The notes under the pieces are model-generated. The model worked only from the letters and a program-made list of their open reading frames with translations. It did no database searches and was not told where the DNA came from. 64,000 nt of DNA from Candidatus Bilamarchaeum dharawalense. GTDB lineage: Archaea > Micrarchaeota > Micrarchaeia > Anstonellales > Bilamarchaeaceae. Shown one piece after another: positions 28,181 through 36,656 of this stretch; the stretch's first letter is position 1; each line of letters begins with the position of its first letter. The DNA lies in NCBI GenBank assembly GCA_902386555.1, contig CABMJJ010000009.1, forward strand, positions 245,525 to 309,524, given 5' to 3'. The position numbers and the translations under genes are program-made.

Positions 28181-28693
28181 ATGCCTTTTGGGATAGCACT
28201 ATGTGGGAAAATGACGCTGGAACCAAAGAGTGTTGAAAACGAAAAAGAATTTGTCAAGATAATTAGTGAAAGTGCTAACAAAAGTAAATCGAAAAACTTT
28301 GTTCTTATGATTGATGCTGGACTTACGGGAAACAATTTCGTAACATTATATGAAGCTAGTGAAAGCAAATTTCCAACAAAAATAAACGGGATGGAACATA
28401 TCCCTGAACATCTGCAGGATAGGGAGTTTGTAAAAGGAACGTTGATGGAATTTCTGGTGGTGGAAAAAAAGAGTCTGGGGAAGATGATAAGTGCTTTGGT
28501 TGGTTTTAATGTGGAACCCCAATTTGAACTGGGACAGTTAGAGGATAATGATAAACCAAATGAATATGGACAGATCACTGAGGAAACGCTGATTATCGCA
28601 CTGACAAAAAAAGGCCTGTTTTTTCTTCAAAAACTAACTGTGGAAAAAATAGATTATGTAAAAAACGTCTATAGAAAAAATAAGTTAAAATAA
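28181..28693 (+). CDS. hypothetical protein
   Basis: 170-aa ORF between divergent/convergent neighbours; no motif. Confidence 0.55.
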   Translation: MPFGIALCGKMTLEPKSVENEKEFVKIISESANKSKSKNFVLMIDAGLTGNNFVTLYEASESKFPTKINGMEHIPEHLQDREFVKGTLMEFLVVEKKSLGKMISALVGFNVEPQFELGQLEDNDKPNEYGQITEETLIIALTKKGLFFLQKLTVEKIDYVKNVYRKNKLK

Positions 28694-28731
28694 AAAAAGA
28701 AGGACCTTACCCAAAATCCACATGGACCTTT

Positions 28732-28914
28732 TTATCTTACCTTGACTGCATAGCTGCCAACCACATTCACTTCGACAATTTTGGCAACTTCTGAGCGCTC
28801 TGCATCAAGTATAACTACCATGCCAGAGTATTTTTCTGAAAGTTCGCCCTGGCATTTTGGACAGACCTTGTCCTTAGTTTGAACTATGTATCTACATTGT
28901 TTACAGGCACTCAT
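28732..28914 (-). CDS. spt4: transcription elongation factor Spt4 (RpoE'')
   Basis: ACKQCRYI...CPKC zinc ribbon, GMVVILDAERSEVAK, GSYAVKVR. Confidence 0.95.
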   Translation of the reverse strand: MSACKQCRYIVQTKDKVCPKCQGELSEKYSGMVVILDAERSEVAKIVEVNVVGSYAVKVR

Positions 28915-29492
28915 TTCTCTTCACCTTTTTCTTTCTTCTTTTCTTTTTTCGGAGCTGCCTTTGCTTCAAGCCACTCAGGCCTTCCAAGACCATCCGGTCG
29001 CATGGTTAAACCGATTTTCGTATCTGAAGAAGTTGATTTCATACTTACAGTAGAAACCTTCACTATGACATCATCACTTTTCTTAATTGCTTTTTTCAAA
29101 ACCTTGGAGCTCAATGTCTTAGCTTTCTTATCGTAGTAGAATTTCTCCTTGTCTATCTGTGAAACGTGCAAAAGACCTTGGAATGGACCAATGGAAGCAA
29201 ATGCACCGAATTCAACGATTTCTTTTATTTCTGCTTTGTAGACTTCGTTGACCATTGGATAGAAGCACAATGCATCATATTGCACTGAATAATAGGCACC
29301 ACTATCACCGGGTATGATCATACCATCGGAAACAACTTTCGGGTTGTTGACTGAGAGGATAATACCTAAATCCTTGTAAATGCGCCCTTCATAGCGTTCT
29401 CTTAAAATAGCCTGAACTGCATCCTCGAGCTCGCTGCCAAACATGGCAGGGGGAACCCTAATCCTGTCTTCAATTGTTTTTATATAATACAT
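28911..29492 (-). CDS. rpoE1: DNA-directed RNA polymerase subunit E' (Rpo7)
   Basis: IRVPPAMFG, IIPGDSGAYY, S1 domain VEFGAFASIGPFQGLLHVSQI, KIGLTMRPDGLG. Confidence 0.95.
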   Translation of the reverse strand: MYYIKTIEDRIRVPPAMFGSELEDAVQAILRERYEGRIYKDLGIILSVNNPKVVSDGMIIPGDSGAYYSVQYDALCFYPMVNEVYKAEIKEIVEFGAFASIGPFQGLLHVSQIDKEKFYYDKKAKTLSSKVLKKAIKKSDDVIVKVSTVSMKSTSSDTKIGLTMRPDGLGRPEWLEAKAAPKKEKKKEKGEEK

Positions 29493-29518
29493 AATTTGAC
29501 CTCCGTCATTCGCTCTTT

Positions 29519-29550
29519 TTCACTTAGGGGGCATTGCCCCTCAAACCCCC
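29519..29550 (-). repeat. dispersed GGGGT-(A)GGGG-loop-CCCC element, copy in the rpoE1 leader
   Basis: GGGGGTTTGAGGGGCAATGCCCCCTAAGTGAA; related copies at 34313, 47086 and 62616. Confidence 0.55.
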
Positions 29551-29637
29551 GCGGAACGCAGGAGAGAAAAGAGAGAGTCTAGCCAGTAATTTACAGGCGT
29601 ATTACCTTTGAAGAGGGGGGTTTAAATTCCTATCCCA

Positions 29638-30354
29638 TTAGCCCAGATTGGCCAGATGATGCTGGAACGCAGCTATTGCCAAATCCCTTAGATCAGCAAA
29701 TCTAGGATCCAAAGCTCTAAGGAAATTAAACACTTGAACTGTTTCCAAACGCAGATTTATAGAAAGCTCGAGTGTTTCGTATTCAGCAACCTTCAGACGG
29801 ACAGCCTTGGCAACAGTTGAAGCTATTTTTTCAAGCCTGGAATCACGATCAGCAGGAACAGAATCGTCTGCATTGCGGATGTATGGAACAGCATAGAAAC
29901 CGATTATTGTGGCCTCATCAAAACAGGCTGCTCGGATATAAAGTTCACTTGCTTTTCTAAATTTATCATAGGTTTCAAGAGGAGTGGTGCTATAGGTTGA
30001 TGCTGCAGAATAAAGCAGAGCTGCAACAAAGGAACTGGCCGGATCAATTTTATCTTCAAGTTTTTTGGCTTCTCTCATCAAGAAATCATGAATATCTGGC
30101 TGTTGTTTGCAACCATCTAAAGCTTCTGTAATCAATGATGCGATCTGGCCTCGCCTTGGATTCTGACTGGTTTCAAAATCCATAATGCCGTGGGTTGCAC
30201 TCAGACCATGCCGACCTATTTTCTGACCTTGCTCAATTGCATCCAAAAGAGCCCCAAATCTTTTTTTGTTATCGAAATAAGCATGTGCTCTTGGAAAATG
30301 TCTTGCTAGAAATCCTTTATCCAGTTCTCCTGATTTCCCTGTAAGTTGTTTCAT
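29638..30354 (-). CDS. hypothetical all-alpha protein
   Basis: Likely start MKQLTG at 30354, 10 nt after the upstream stop. Confidence 0.65.
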   Translation of the reverse strand: MKQLTGKSGELDKGFLARHFPRAHAYFDNKKRFGALLDAIEQGQKIGRHGLSATHGIMDFETSQNPRRGQIASLITEALDGCKQQPDIHDFLMREAKKLEDKIDPASSFVAALLYSAASTYSTTPLETYDKFRKASELYIRAACFDEATIIGFYAVPYIRNADDSVPADRDSRLEKIASTVAKAVRLKVAEYETLELSINLRLETVQVFNFLRALDPRFADLRDLAIAAFQHHLANLG

Positions 30355-30364
30355 AAAAATAACC

Positions 30365-31864
30365 TTATGGACAAATGCTCGGAATACGAACATTCTTTGG
30401 GCAAATGTCTTTAGATTCTGGTTCATAGACCCGCTCTGAACCACTGTACCAATACCATTTGCTTAATTCGTGATCAAAATGCTCCCATATTATTTTACCA
30501 TCTCGATAATGAAATCTGTTGTGGATGTAGGCATAATAAATGTCTCCAGAGATTTGCCTTCCGATCATATCATTCATTTTTAGGGCTTCGGTGTGGGCAA
30601 CATAGTAACCAAGTTCAATATCATTGAATGAATCCATACCGTAAACCAGTCGACCTGCAAGAGGATGATCGCATTTCTTGCCAGGAATGGATGCACAGAT
30701 AGACATTGCCTCTTTCTCATCAAGCCAATAATTTCGATCCTCGTCTGCATAGACCAATGCTTGTGCTTCTAACAATTTTCTGTTAAGGTCTTGAACCTGG
30801 ATTTCTTGTCTTATGTATCCCCAAACTGCCAAGGTGGTAACTGCAGCAGCTACCGCAGCCACAGCTGCATATTTCAGCCCAGTTATCAATCTTTTCACCC
30901 AGTGTTTTTCAACGGCCTTTTTGTCGTATATACCTTCACCAGTATTGATGATGACTACGCGATCATCTGAACTAAATCCATAACTAAAAGCACCAGCAAA
31001 TCCTGCAGCTGCTGATGGTTCTGAGTGAATTCCAAGCTCTTGTAATCTTCGATATGCTCTAAGGATTTTACCATCGCTCACAGTAAGTAGATTCAATCGT
31101 CCAGACCTAACCAGATCATCTGCCATTTCATGGTAAGGAGTACAGGGTGCAGTAAGCTTATCAGCCACGCTTCTATCCCGCTTTTTTGAAAACTCACTGC
31201 CAAGTGCAATTGCATTTTTTGGCGTTGTGACGCCAATAATTAGTGGAGCATTACTTCCCCAAATTCTTCTTGCTTCAGCCTCCAGCTCAACAACCAATTC
31301 ACCACTACCAATTGGACAAATTAAATGAGTCGGAGGCAGGGTTATACCTTTAGCTGCTAAATCTTCTTGGATTTCATGAACAATATTGCCATACCCTTGA
31401 GGAAGTTTATAGCTTTCAACCATCCTTATTTGTTCATCGCTACAACTAGTCAATTTTCTTGCAATTTCACGCATTTCTTCTTGAGTGACTTCGTGTTTGC
31501 TAAGGTCCATCTCATGAACAATGGAACATTCACGCAATCGATCTTTTACAACTCTAGGAATATCTTTTGAAACGATATTTACAACTTGAATACGGAAATC
31601 TTTCCAGTCTTTTCCTTCAGATTCTGCTAGCTGTTTTGTTAATTCGCCAGTGCTGAGACCCGAATTGCCACAGGTAATGTGAACCAGCACCGCGCTCTCG
31701 TCTGGTTTAATGGTAGCTAGCAAAGCCTCGCATCGCCTATCCTTATGGGTACCTGAAATTTCATTGGCGCTTTCATCTTTGATAAAAACCTTGGCTCTAT
31801 GACATAGGCCTGAAATCTGGTGATACTCACGTAGAGGCGTATGACCTATTCTAAGTTGTCTCAT
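30365..31864 (-). CDS. PLP-dependent beta-family (threonine synthase-like) enzyme fused to a TM helix and C-terminal domain
   Basis: IKDESANEISGTHKDR (PLP Lys), TCGNSG, PIGSGEL, EPSAAAGFAG, VIINTG; then YAAVAAVAAAVTTLAVWGY TM and about 140 further residues. Confidence 0.8.
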   Translation of the reverse strand: MRQLRIGHTPLREYHQISGLCHRAKVFIKDESANEISGTHKDRRCEALLATIKPDESAVLVHITCGNSGLSTGELTKQLAESEGKDWKDFRIQVVNIVSKDIPRVVKDRLRECSIVHEMDLSKHEVTQEEMREIARKLTSCSDEQIRMVESYKLPQGYGNIVHEIQEDLAAKGITLPPTHLICPIGSGELVVELEAEARRIWGSNAPLIIGVTTPKNAIALGSEFSKKRDRSVADKLTAPCTPYHEMADDLVRSGRLNLLTVSDGKILRAYRRLQELGIHSEPSAAAGFAGAFSYGFSSDDRVVIINTGEGIYDKKAVEKHWVKRLITGLKYAAVAAVAAAVTTLAVWGYIRQEIQVQDLNRKLLEAQALVYADEDRNYWLDEKEAMSICASIPGKKCDHPLAGRLVYGMDSFNDIELGYYVAHTEALKMNDMIGRQISGDIYYAYIHNRFHYRDGKIIWEHFDHELSKWYWYSGSERVYEPESKDICPKNVRIPSICP

Positions 31865-32001
31865 ATCTCTCCATACTTATTGTGGTTGTTTGTGTTTTTA
31901 AATGTTAGTTTTTATGCAATCTAGTGGAAAATGGAGAAAGTGTTTAAAAATAGATGGATATGGAGCAAATGTTTAAATATGGTTTTAGACAGAATAGGCT
32001 T

Positions 32002-32658
32002 ATGAAATTCTGTGAAATAGGAGTTTACCATCATGATTGTTGGTTTACTGATGCCATAAACAAGTTCCCAGAATTACAGGTTAGAGAGATCAGTGCACGC
32101 ATTTGCGAATTGGGCTCTGGAGTGAAAATAAACAGAGCAAGTTATCGTATTTTTACCCCAAATAAGGAATGTATTGGGGCTTTTGTAAATCAAATTTCTT
32201 CTTCTGTATCCGAGGCAAAGGTATTAGCTTCTGACGCTGCAACTGCATTGGTGGAAGTCACCTGGAAAGCGTCTAAAACATCTTATGATGCAATTTTGGG
32301 AAGTGGCTGTGCAGTAACTTCTGCTTGCTATGGAAAAGACGGTTACGAAACATATTCGTTATTCACAGACACCCCAGATGAAACCCGAAAATTACTTGGT
32401 GAGTTGGAGCAGATTGGCGAGGTTAGGACATTTTCCATAAAAAATACTCCAAATGGCAATCGAAAGTTCGGGCTTACGCCAAAACAACAGCAGGCGATTG
32501 TTTCTGCAATATCCATGGGCTATTATGAATGGCCAAAGCAGGCCAATTTGGAAGAATTGGCAGCTAGGCTTGGAGTTAAACGCAGAGCATTGCAGGAAAA
32601 TTTGAGAAAAGCAGAAAGTAAGGTTCTTGGCGGAATGCTGGACCAGCTCCATATGTAA
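32002..32658 (+). CDS. Bat/HTH_10-type transcriptional regulator
   Basis: C-terminal LTPKQQQAIVSAISMGYYEWPKQANLEELAARLGV...LRKAESK; TATA 30 nt before ATG 32002. Confidence 0.88.
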   Translation: MKFCEIGVYHHDCWFTDAINKFPELQVREISARICELGSGVKINRASYRIFTPNKECIGAFVNQISSSVSEAKVLASDAATALVEVTWKASKTSYDAILGSGCAVTSACYGKDGYETYSLFTDTPDETRKLLGELEQIGEVRTFSIKNTPNGNRKFGLTPKQQQAIVSAISMGYYEWPKQANLEELAARLGVKRRALQENLRKAESKVLGGMLDQLHM

Positions 32659-32662
32659 TTTT

Positions 32663-32678
32663 ACTGACATATGTCAGT
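32663..32678. promoter_or_regulatory. perfect 16-bp palindrome (candidate operator) upstream of TATA
   Basis: ACTGACATATGTCAGT, then TTATAT (32685-90) and ATG at 32714. Confidence 0.65.
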
Positions 32679-32713
32679 TCATTCTTATATCTTCAGAAAT
32701 CCCGAATTATTCT

Positions 32714-34285
32714 ATGAAAGAACTGGACAAGGAATGGAAAACAACTTCGCGATTGGTCTTGGGAGGAGAGGTTGGCGAATTAGAAGATTTCAGAGAATGG
32801 TTAATCGAACTTAACAACCCGAGATTTGTAAAAAAATCCTCCGTTTCAGGTAAGGAAACTGTCTTTTCCAGCAGCGAATATCAAGAAGGTTCCAAATTTC
32901 TAACCATGGATGAGATATCATCAAACCAGAGGTTAGACCCACTGGATATTAACGACATAAAAGATATTGATTCCATATTGAATGCAGTCCGGGAGAGAGT
33001 ATCCTATTGTGGAAATGTCATACTAGGTAATTCTAAGTTCATAGAAAAAAGCTCCAACATAACCAATAGTTTCTACGTCTACGACTCTGTTAAAATCAGC
33101 GATTGTAAAAACATTGCTTGCTCCCAATATCTTCGTCTTTGTGAAAATATTTTTGGAACAAATGAGGGCGGAGAATCCGAATATTGCATACGTTGCTGCA
33201 TACTCTTCAAGAACAGCAGAAGTTTTGAACTTTGGAAAAGTACCAATTGCTCTGATTGTTATTACTCTTTTGGGCTTGATGGCTGCAAGGATTGCATCTT
33301 TTCATTCAATCTTCAAGGTAAAAACCATGTGATCGGAAACCTGGCGCTTCCCAAAGACAAATATTTGGATATAAAGAAAAAGCTACTTGGCGAAATGAGA
33401 GAGCAACTTATAAAAAATAAAAAACTACCTTCGCTTGTTGAATTAGTATCAACAACAGAGCCGGATTATGGTGAAGTGGCTACGCATGTGCCAGAATACC
33501 ATGATGATCTGGCAGCAGATAGAGAGGCAGTGGATGCAGCTTTCACAAAAACATCAGAGTTGTTATTTTCTAGACCTTTATCTGGCAGAATGGATGACTA
33601 TGATGGATGGCTACGGTCACATAATATCGTGCCTTATTCTGTAAAATCAGTACTTAGCAAAAGAACTGTCCAGCTATCGCAATGGCCAGGACTGTCCCAA
33701 TTGCCAAAAAATAGGATAGTAACCGTAGAAGAGGCTAGAGCAATCTCCAGATTGGCAATTACCCCAGAACAAGTGGAGAGAATATCTTTGGCAAATGTAC
33801 CGGAGTTCGTAGGAAAGATAGCCTATTTTCCACCTGAAGAGAGGACAGGAACAAACTCCAACCTAATCGAATGCCAATGGGGGTCTTCGGCAGCAAATTG
33901 CTATCGTTCGGTGATTTGTGTTTATAGTAAAAATTGCGGATACTGCTCCTGGCCAAGAAGTTCGGAAAATTGTTTTGGTTGTGGAATTGTTTTTGATTCG
34001 AACTTCTCCATGAAATGCTACGACTCGGTAAAACTTTCAAGATGTTTTGAATTGGACTCCTGCTCTTCATGTACCGACGTTTATTTTGCCCATAATTGTG
34101 AAAATGTCAGAGACAGTATGTTCTGTTTTAATGCAAAAAATCTAAAAAATGCCATAGGCAACATGCAGCTTCAGCCGGACCAGTACAAGAAACTCAAATC
34201 TGCAGTCCAGAACCAGCTCTGGGATGAATTGGAATCGAAAAAAGACCTAGATTTGAGTGTTTTCTCGATGGGTGTTGTAAAATGA
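32714..34285 (+). CDS. Cys-rich repeat protein, fused A+B modules
   Basis: WKTTSRLVLGGEVGELEDFREWL...INDIKDIDS...YCGNVILGNS (A); AFTKTSELLF...WPRSSENCFG...MFCFNAK..AIGN (B). Confidence 0.85.
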   Translation: MKELDKEWKTTSRLVLGGEVGELEDFREWLIELNNPRFVKKSSVSGKETVFSSSEYQEGSKFLTMDEISSNQRLDPLDINDIKDIDSILNAVRERVSYCGNVILGNSKFIEKSSNITNSFYVYDSVKISDCKNIACSQYLRLCENIFGTNEGGESEYCIRCCILFKNSRSFELWKSTNCSDCYYSFGLDGCKDCIFSFNLQGKNHVIGNLALPKDKYLDIKKKLLGEMREQLIKNKKLPSLVELVSTTEPDYGEVATHVPEYHDDLAADREAVDAAFTKTSELLFSRPLSGRMDDYDGWLRSHNIVPYSVKSVLSKRTVQLSQWPGLSQLPKNRIVTVEEARAISRLAITPEQVERISLANVPEFVGKIAYFPPEERTGTNSNLIECQWGSSAANCYRSVICVYSKNCGYCSWPRSSENCFGCGIVFDSNFSMKCYDSVKLSRCFELDSCSSCTDVYFAHNCENVRDSMFCFNAKNLKNAIGNMQLQPDQYKKLKSAVQNQLWDELESKKDLDLSVFSMGVVK

Positions 34286-34376
34286 CCAACCAGTTTTTGA
34301 GTACTTTTTCCAGGGGTTCGAGGAGATCTACCCCTAACCAACCAGTTTTGGGGGCACCCTTTTCCAAAAGGGTGCC
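34285..34376. repeat. 13-bp direct repeat flanking a G/C-tract element, followed by an 11-bp perfect hairpin
   Basis: ACCAACCAGTTTT at 34285 and 34337; GGCACCCTTTT-CC-AAAAGGGTGCC at 34353-34376. Confidence 0.8.
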
Positions 34377-34394
34377 AAAACCGTTCTACAGCGG
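34377..34394 (+). promoter_or_regulatory. shared operator-like box upstream of TATA
   Basis: AAAACCGTTCTACAGCGG, 16/18 identical to the box at 47078-47061. Confidence 0.7.
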
Positions 34395-34439
34395 CATCAG
34401 AGATATATATTTCAAAGATGAGATAATTGGTGTGGGAAT

Positions 34440-36632
34440 ATGGAAGTAAGAGAAATACACCTCTATTCTGAAAAAATAGAGGACGATGATGTCAAGAACC
34501 TGTTCAATAGGGTAGTGAAATCCAAGTTCCCACTTTTTGGTTTTATTAGTCTCTCGGACTTTTTTTCATTAAATGCACTTACTTTAGTCGTAAAAAGGAA
34601 TATTAATACTGTAAAATTTTATGCAAAGGAAAAGGATTGCCTTCAGAATATCTCTCCACTTATTTTCCCCTACAGGATGTGCGATCCTAGCCTCCTGAAG
34701 TTGTCTGAAGGCTCCTATTTCCCAATACCTGGGATGTATGTTATCAACGGAGCACAGCATGACCTCCTGGATTTCATTCTAAAAGAAAAAATAGAACAGA
34801 TGACGCTTAACATAACCAAGGTCATGGGCCAGTTTATTGCCAGTGGAACAGTGGTAAAGGAAAGCGGCCAGAAGGGCATATTTGTTGTTCTGGCTCCTCA
34901 AAAATTCTTGAACATTAATCTGGAAAAAAATCCATCCATCTATATAGAACTGCTGGAACCGTTGCCAAAACAGATTTACATGAGTTCCAAATACCCTGTT
35001 TTCGAAGAGACCGGGGTTAGCATGGGCGTGGACAACTATGATCCGCTTCAACACACCATCATAGCTGGAACTTCAGGTTCTGGAAAAAGTAAGGGTCTTT
35101 TTGTACTTTTGAAGGCATTGGAAGCAAAATACAAGGACAACACAAGAATTGTTGTGGTTGATCCACATGGAGAATTTGCCAAATTATTTCCACATGCCAA
35201 AATAATCAATTTTATTGACAATTATATTGAACCGTTGGATGTTGGGCGGGACAAGTCACCCATGCTTACTCAACTTGTTTCACAGTTGATTACATCTTCT
35301 ATTGGCCAGGAGAACAAATATTCTGAAAGGGTATTATTCTACACTGTTCACCTTCTCTCATCAATAAACAAACTGGATTTGAACAACATTAGCTTGCTCC
35401 TTACAGATTCTTCAGTTAAAGCAGAGTATGTTAGCATGTGTGACAATGACGAGGTAAAACGATTTTTTGATGAGGAATATAATGACATTCACATTCATCA
35501 TTTCAACAATGCAATTTTACCGATTTTGAACTTTGTGGGTGAATATCAATTATACTTGGGCAAGGAAAAGAAACGAGAGGGGCTTCTAGAAGCCATTCAG
35601 CAGAACAGGATTACAGTGGTTGCTTTTGACCCTAAGTTTTTCGGAAGAAGAATGATAAGTTTCCTTGCTGGCGCGGTCATAAACCAGATGTATATTTTAG
35701 CCATTACTGGAAAATTAATGGATAAACCAACTGTCCTTGTGGTGGACGAATTCCCAAGAGTGGAGACTAGAGTTACCAAGGATATTCTCTCAGAGACAAG
35801 AAAATTCAACCTGTTTGCCTACCTTTCCTGCCAGTACCTGGGCCAGCTTAGTAAGGAGGTTCTTGATTCCATTGTATCCAATGCAAGAAACATCATTGCA
35901 TTCAAGATAAACAGACAGGATGCTACCATGCTCAGCTCGATTATGGAAATAAAAGTCGAAGAATATTTCAAAAAACACAGAGCTACCACCGAACTGGAAG
36001 AATCCAAAAAAGAAATGTTCGTACGACTGCACCAAAGGGAGTGTATTGTCCGTTTGTTTGATGGTGTGAAGTACCTGTTACCCATGAAACTGAAGATAGT
36101 GGATGCAAGAAAGTGGGGGTTAAGAGAAGGGGCAGATCCATATGTGGAAAGAACACCACCACCAGAAGCACCGGGCGTATTACGATCAAAGCCAATGGAA
36201 AATGCATTTGTGAATCAAGCACCCCAGGATAGCGAACGGCACCTGCCTCCAGCACAACCATTGCCACGAATGTCAGTTGCACAACAAAAAGGAGAGGAAC
36301 CGCCACGAACCGAGGCACCCATAGACAGCGCAACAGGACTTTATTGTGTAGCAGAAGAAGGCGAAAAACCACCCGGAGAGGAAAAAGAAGAAAAACCAGA
36401 CCTCCCGGAACCAATGACAGACAGTCCATGGTTACAGGAAACCCCAGATGCTATTTATCAACTGGGAAAGGCCAAGATGAATGGGGATGTGCCAAAGGAA
36501 GCTGAGACGATCATAAAAAAGGATGACAACCCATCTGCAACAACACCGTCCGAACCAGAAACTGCGCCAAAAACCACATCAAAAGAAGATAAACCAAAAA
36601 AACCAGTAAAGAAAGCCAAGAAAAAAGAATAA
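34440..36632 (+). CDS. HerA/VirD4-TraG-like (FtsK-HerA superfamily) ATPase with Pro/Glu/Lys-rich tail
   Basis: GTSGSGKS, VVDPHGEF, LVVDEFP, ETRKFNL...CQYLGQL, IVSNARNIIAFK. Confidence 0.85.
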   Translation: MEVREIHLYSEKIEDDDVKNLFNRVVKSKFPLFGFISLSDFFSLNALTLVVKRNINTVKFYAKEKDCLQNISPLIFPYRMCDPSLLKLSEGSYFPIPGMYVINGAQHDLLDFILKEKIEQMTLNITKVMGQFIASGTVVKESGQKGIFVVLAPQKFLNINLEKNPSIYIELLEPLPKQIYMSSKYPVFEETGVSMGVDNYDPLQHTIIAGTSGSGKSKGLFVLLKALEAKYKDNTRIVVVDPHGEFAKLFPHAKIINFIDNYIEPLDVGRDKSPMLTQLVSQLITSSIGQENKYSERVLFYTVHLLSSINKLDLNNISLLLTDSSVKAEYVSMCDNDEVKRFFDEEYNDIHIHHFNNAILPILNFVGEYQLYLGKEKKREGLLEAIQQNRITVVAFDPKFFGRRMISFLAGAVINQMYILAITGKLMDKPTVLVVDEFPRVETRVTKDILSETRKFNLFAYLSCQYLGQLSKEVLDSIVSNARNIIAFKINRQDATMLSSIMEIKVEEYFKKHRATTELEESKKEMFVRLHQRECIVRLFDGVKYLLPMKLKIVDARKWGLREGADPYVERTPPPEAPGVLRSKPMENAFVNQAPQDSERHLPPAQPLPRMSVAQQKGEEPPRTEAPIDSATGLYCVAEEGEKPPGEEKEEKPDLPEPMTDSPWLQETPDAIYQLGKAKMNGDVPKEAETIIKKDDNPSATTPSEPETAPKTTSKEDKPKKPVKKAKKKE

Positions 36633-36656
36633 TAAACTTCTTCAGGAGGTAGTCTA

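Noticed and set aside
32627-32713. 29-residue N-terminal extension of the Cys-AB ORF
   Set aside because: Overlaps the regulator stop, the palindrome and the TATA; paralogue alignment starts at ATG 32714.
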